DNA from: Amoebophrya sp. A120
Lineage: Eukaryota; Protista; Dinoflagellata
NCBI GenBank assembly: GCA_905178155.1
Contig: CAJINV010000001.1
Coordinates: forward strand, 6,762,587-6,826,586
Length of the DNA: 64,000 bases
Reading direction: 5' to 3'
The notes under the pieces are model-generated. The model was not told the origin of the DNA, ran no database searches, and worked only from the letters and a program-made list of their open reading frames with translations. This document shows, one piece after another, positions 60,114 through 64,000 of this stretch (positions are counted from its first letter, which is position 1; each line of letters begins with the position of its first letter). The position numbers were made by a program, and so were the translations under genes.

Positions 60114-60902
60114 ATCGATCTTTGTTCGCAAACGGAACTTGGTTCTGAAAATGCAGATTCTGAACAACGAACTTTGATTTGAATTCCTATTGGTAATCAT
60201 CTAGAACTTCCCTTAGTAGCAGATTTACCGTCTGTATCCGTACGGTCAAACCACAAGCAACGACACAACGGGGCTAAAGCTAACCGACACAATTCCATGA
60301 GGCTCTCGGGCGCTCATGAGCATATACGCCTCTTTTTTCGTCTCCGCTCGAACTACATTCATTTCTCCTCGTCCTCCTCTTCCGGCCGCTCCGTCAAGGA
60401 ATTCATTTATCACGACAGGCGGTGTTCTTTCGCGTGACGGGAAGAGCTTGATCTTCATCATGACGAAACTTCAAAACGAGGCGAAAGTCATGTCAATTAG
60501 AACGAGACGAATATCGAAATCAAACTACAACTAGGAAACTACGTAGATGCTGAGGCACGCGGCGAGAAGAAAATTGGCTCGTCATGTCCCGGTGCAACAA
60601 GATATTTTTTTGTTTCTGCTTTCCTTCTAGTTGTTAGTAGTTCTAGTTTCCATCGCAATCGATTTTTGATCATACAGCTGCAGCAGTTCATTCTGGGCCT
60701 CGATCACCAGCTACCTTAAAAACGAGAATCGCAGAGGCGAACTAAAACTGGTGTCGTTTCTCGAGCATTCACTATCACATACTTTTTCTCGCCTCTTCTT
60801 CTCGTGAATCATACACAGACACAATCAATCCGGAATCAAAATTCAACGTTTTTTTATCGTCTGCCTCTGAGCGACATCTTCAATTAAGTAGTGCCCTCAG
60901 CT

Positions 60903-63525
60903 CTAGTCCCCCTGTCCAGCTTGCTCCGCCTCCCATGCCGCCCATTCTTCCGCTGTGTACTGCTGTCCATCTTCAGCTTCATCATATCCCTCGCCCTCGT
61001 CCTCCCCTGACTCCTCCTCGTACTCACTGGCTTCCCCCTCTCTTTTGGGCTTCTTCTTGCGCCTCCGCCCATTTTTTTTCCTCCTTTTCGCCGGCGATGC
61101 TTCATCTTCCGTGTCGCTGAGCGGCTTGTCTCCGGTATGGTGCGCCCGGTAGTTTCCCTTAATAGCCGCGGTCCGCAGGTGCTCCATCGCGGCCCGGTGG
61201 CGCGCGTGGCGCCGGTGGCACACGGACAGGGCTAGTACGACCAAAAGAATGAACAGCACGACGGCGGTTGTTTTCTCTTCTTGAGTGAGCTGGTCCCAGC
61301 CCGGGATCCCGAACACGCTGACCCAGGCGGTCAGCGCATTGTCGTCGTTTTGTGCGTCTTCGTCGGTGACCGGGGAGATGTAGGGGTCGTTCCACGGACA
61401 CGCCGGCGAGCATCGGCGTCGCTCGGAGGTAGTTGCGATTTTGATGCACTCGCCCCCGCCCGCCGCCACGTCCAGCGTGTCGCGCGTGCGCTCCTCGATG
61501 CCGTCGCACTGCGCCGACGAGCACTCCGACCAGTCGCTCCAGGCGGTCACGTCGCAGGGCGGCAGCGAGGCGTCGAGGTTATCCTGCGTGTTGCGAAACC
61601 GGATGCCGGCCAGAATGATCTGGTCCTTCCGATTCATCGAGTCCATCTTTACCTCCGCTGACCCAGTGCACGTGGGGTACTTCTCATACGGCTCGGCAAA
61701 CTTTTTCTTGTCCTTCTCCATGTCCGTGACGACGTTGCTGTCCTCGATGACCAGCCGGAAATACCGGTACGCCTGGTCCATCGGCTGGAGCGAGAACCCC
61801 TGCGGCGCGCCCAGGCTGGACCGGTAGTCCCGGTAATAGTAATTGTGCGCAATGGACTCCACGTACCCGGTGTGCTCGTACACCAGCTGCTCTTTCGGGC
61901 AGTTCGGGATTGCGGGGTTCACCGCCGTCGGACAGCCGAACAACTTCCACATCCGCGGGAAGTGGTCGGTGAGCACGCCGTACAGATCGACCTTGTCCAT
62001 CTTCGGCACGTTATCGCCCAAGTCGAGAAACAAAACTTGCGGGAACGTGCCGTCGCTCACGAAGTAGGTGTCGTACTTCTGGTCGCACACCTTCGCGAAG
62101 TCCGTCTCCGGCGGCACACAGGTGGTGCCGGTCCCGGTGCACACCTTCGGCCAGAACATCTGCCCCACCTCGCACCGCTCGTGGTAGGGCTGGCAGTTCG
62201 CGTCCGCGCCGCAGAGGTAGCTTACCCGGTCGCATTTGGTCTGGTCGGTACGCTCGAACTGCCGCATGCACTTGTGCGTGCGGGTGCCGCTCGTCGCGGT
62301 GGCGAACTTCTTGAAGTAGTCGCATATTTTGCCGCGGTTCGGCTCCTTGAACTGGTACACGCCATCAAACCGCCCGTCCCCGTACCCCATCAGACCTGCG
62401 TTCTCCGTGGCGACACCTGATGTGTTGGGAGAGAAAACTGTTCGCAAGGAACTAAAAGTAAAAACATTATGTTGAATGTCTGTCAATAAAATCCTGGTTC
62501 AAAACCGCTGAAGCATCATGTTCCTGTTCGGCACTTCGTTCTCTGGCCACGAAAATCACTCAATTTATGTCTTCTTACCTCCGTCGTCTTCTGGATGATC
62601 GCCGTTCAGATTGTGTGCTAATTCGTGGACAAACGTGTGCCATGTGGGCTCCGCGAAGCGATTGATTCCCACGGCGGCGCTGGTACAGGCCTTGTTTTTG
62701 AACGCAAGTCCCAGAATCTGCGTCTTCTGCTGGCAGAACGAGAACATGTGGACCGCGATGGCGGTCGAGTCTGCCTTGGGGCCCAACTGGGCGCCGGTCA
62801 TACCGAGCAGCTTTTGGTACACCCAGTCCTTTTTCACGTCGGTGTTTCCCTCCGGGGTCTTCGGGCAGCCGTGCACTGGGTCGGTGTCACCCTCCTTATG
62901 CGGTGTGAGCACAGTGGAATCTTTCACCCGTACCATCACGTGAAACTGGTTCTCGTAGACAAAAGAAGACTGCCACACCATCACCGCCATCTCGTGGTGC
63001 GTCGTAGACGGTTTATCGCGGAACGCGAAGTGGTTCAACGCAGGGTCGCCCTGGTAGTATTTTTTGCGAAAATGCTCTTGTCGTGCAAGAAGTACGTGCG
63101 CCAACAACATCCTCCGTTATTCATTACGTTAGCTTTTCACGACCACATCAAACAATCATGTGAAGAACAACTAGAGCATGAAGCTGAAGCAAGTAAGTAA
63201 CTAACTAACGTACACGACTATACGATCACGTCCACATGCACTTCGTGCATCTTGTCGTCCCCGGGGTAGCAGTCGCCGTCCCCGTGAAGAGACGCAGCTG
63301 CCGTGTAGGCCTCGGGACTGGACACACCTCCGTCCGTGCCCGCCGCGACCCCGGCCCCGAACCCGTTGTGAAGTGCCACGACGTCATTCTCGACCACCAG
63401 AACTTGACCCGTCAAGTTCACTTGTGAGATGTTGGTCGGGGCAGTCGAGTAGAGAGTGGTCGTGCTCTTGGTCTTGGTTGTCGCTGTGGCCTTGACTTTA
63501 TTTGATATTTTGCGTCCCTCAGCTC
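60903..63525 (-). CDS. ADAM/reprolysin (M12B)-like metalloprotease with TSP1 domain, TM helix and acidic cytoplasmic tail; 5'-partial
   Basis: ILGLAF..C, TFVHELAHNLNGDH (HExxHxxGxxH), Met-turn GLMGY, Cys-rich region, discoidin-like AYRYFRLVI, TSP1 CDVTAWSDWSECS..C..ERTR..C..RRRC...C, TM AVVLFILLVVLALSVC, and tail ...YTAEEWAAWEAEQAGQGD*. Confidence 0.82.
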
Positions 63526-64000
63526 TATCAATAGCAAAATGAGGTTAAGCGCTGCCAGCTAACGGAGACGACACCGCTCCGGGCAACGACGTGCGGGCCT
63601 TTTGGTTTCTCGTTCGATCGTTGCCCGTGTGTTGTACGGTCTGGCAATGTCGGAATAAACACAAAGAGGAAAACGGCCCGCGCGCCGTGCGGTATCCATA
63701 TCCCCCCAAAAGAAAAGAGGAAGCCGTGGGCACGGGAGCGTCAAGGCGCCCCGGCCCACGCGGAGGTGCATGACGCACTCCGTGGAGGTGCTGCTGCAAC
63801 GCAGAGGTGCACTCCACGGCTGTGCAGACTGCACTCCGCACGGATGTGCGTCAAGCACTCTGCTCAGGTGCTGCTGCGAAAGCAGAGGTGCACTTTGCAG
63901 ATGTGCTATGAGCGCCGCACTCTGCTCAGGTGCTGCTGCGAAAGCAGAGGTGCACTTTGCAGATTTGCGGATCGCACTCCGCTGGCTTCGGTGCCGCGAC
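63526..64000. mobile_element. Probable left end of a larger introner-like element (F), truncated by the window edge
   Basis: TATCAATAGCAAAAT at 63526 fits the TAT-N7-AAAA terminus and directly abuts the open protease exon. That frame hits TAA ~20 nt inside the element. The partner TIR is not in the window. Confidence 0.5.
63775..63964. repeat. Tandem repeat: two identical 48-bp copies (63855-63902, 63917-63964; 62-bp period) plus a diverged copy at ~63775
   Basis: GCACTCTGCTCAGGTGCTGCTGCGAAAGCAGAGGTGCACTTTGCAGAT occurs twice. The third copy reads GCACTCCGTGGAGGTGCTGCTGCAACGCAGAGGTGCACT. Confidence 0.85.

Noticed and set aside
63775-63964. Repeat-spacer-like array resembling CRISPR
   Set aside because: Only 2-3 units, a 48-bp repeat with a 14-bp spacer, eukaryotic context and no cas genes.

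Overview
This window is eukaryotic, gene-dense, intron-containing DNA. About 19 protein-coding genes can be reconstructed, and all lie on the minus strand. They include a TMEM87/GPR107-like 7TM protein, Cdc6/Orc1, a ~3,480-aa LRR-IQ protein, a xylose-isomerase-like TIM barrel, a GST-like protein, RPA1, a BioD/Pta-N-like P-loop protein, two tandem LRR paralogs, an M3 peptidase, a GT34-like glycosyltransferase, a WW-repeat protein, acylpeptide hydrolase, a Tpt1-N/SH3-like fusion, a MIT protein and an ADAM-like TSP1 membrane protease. The most striking signal is a set of short (149-279 bp) MITE-like elements inserted inside coding sequence. Four have TAT-N7-AAAA terminal inverted repeats (TIRs) and perfect 5-bp direct repeats, a fifth has different TIRs, and a sixth is probably truncated by the window edge. 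Removing each TAT-type element plus one direct repeat restores the host reading frame exactly, yet no splice register gives GT-AG or GC-AG. They therefore behave as non-canonical, transposon-derived introns (introners). Two copies of one family sit in opposite orientation relative to transcription, and all families share an internal TGT(C/G/A)ATGC-like octamer. Unidirectional genes plus IR/DR introners point to the parasitic dinoflagellate Amoebophrya (Syndiniales); this is an inference. Exon boundaries were read by eye and are unverified.
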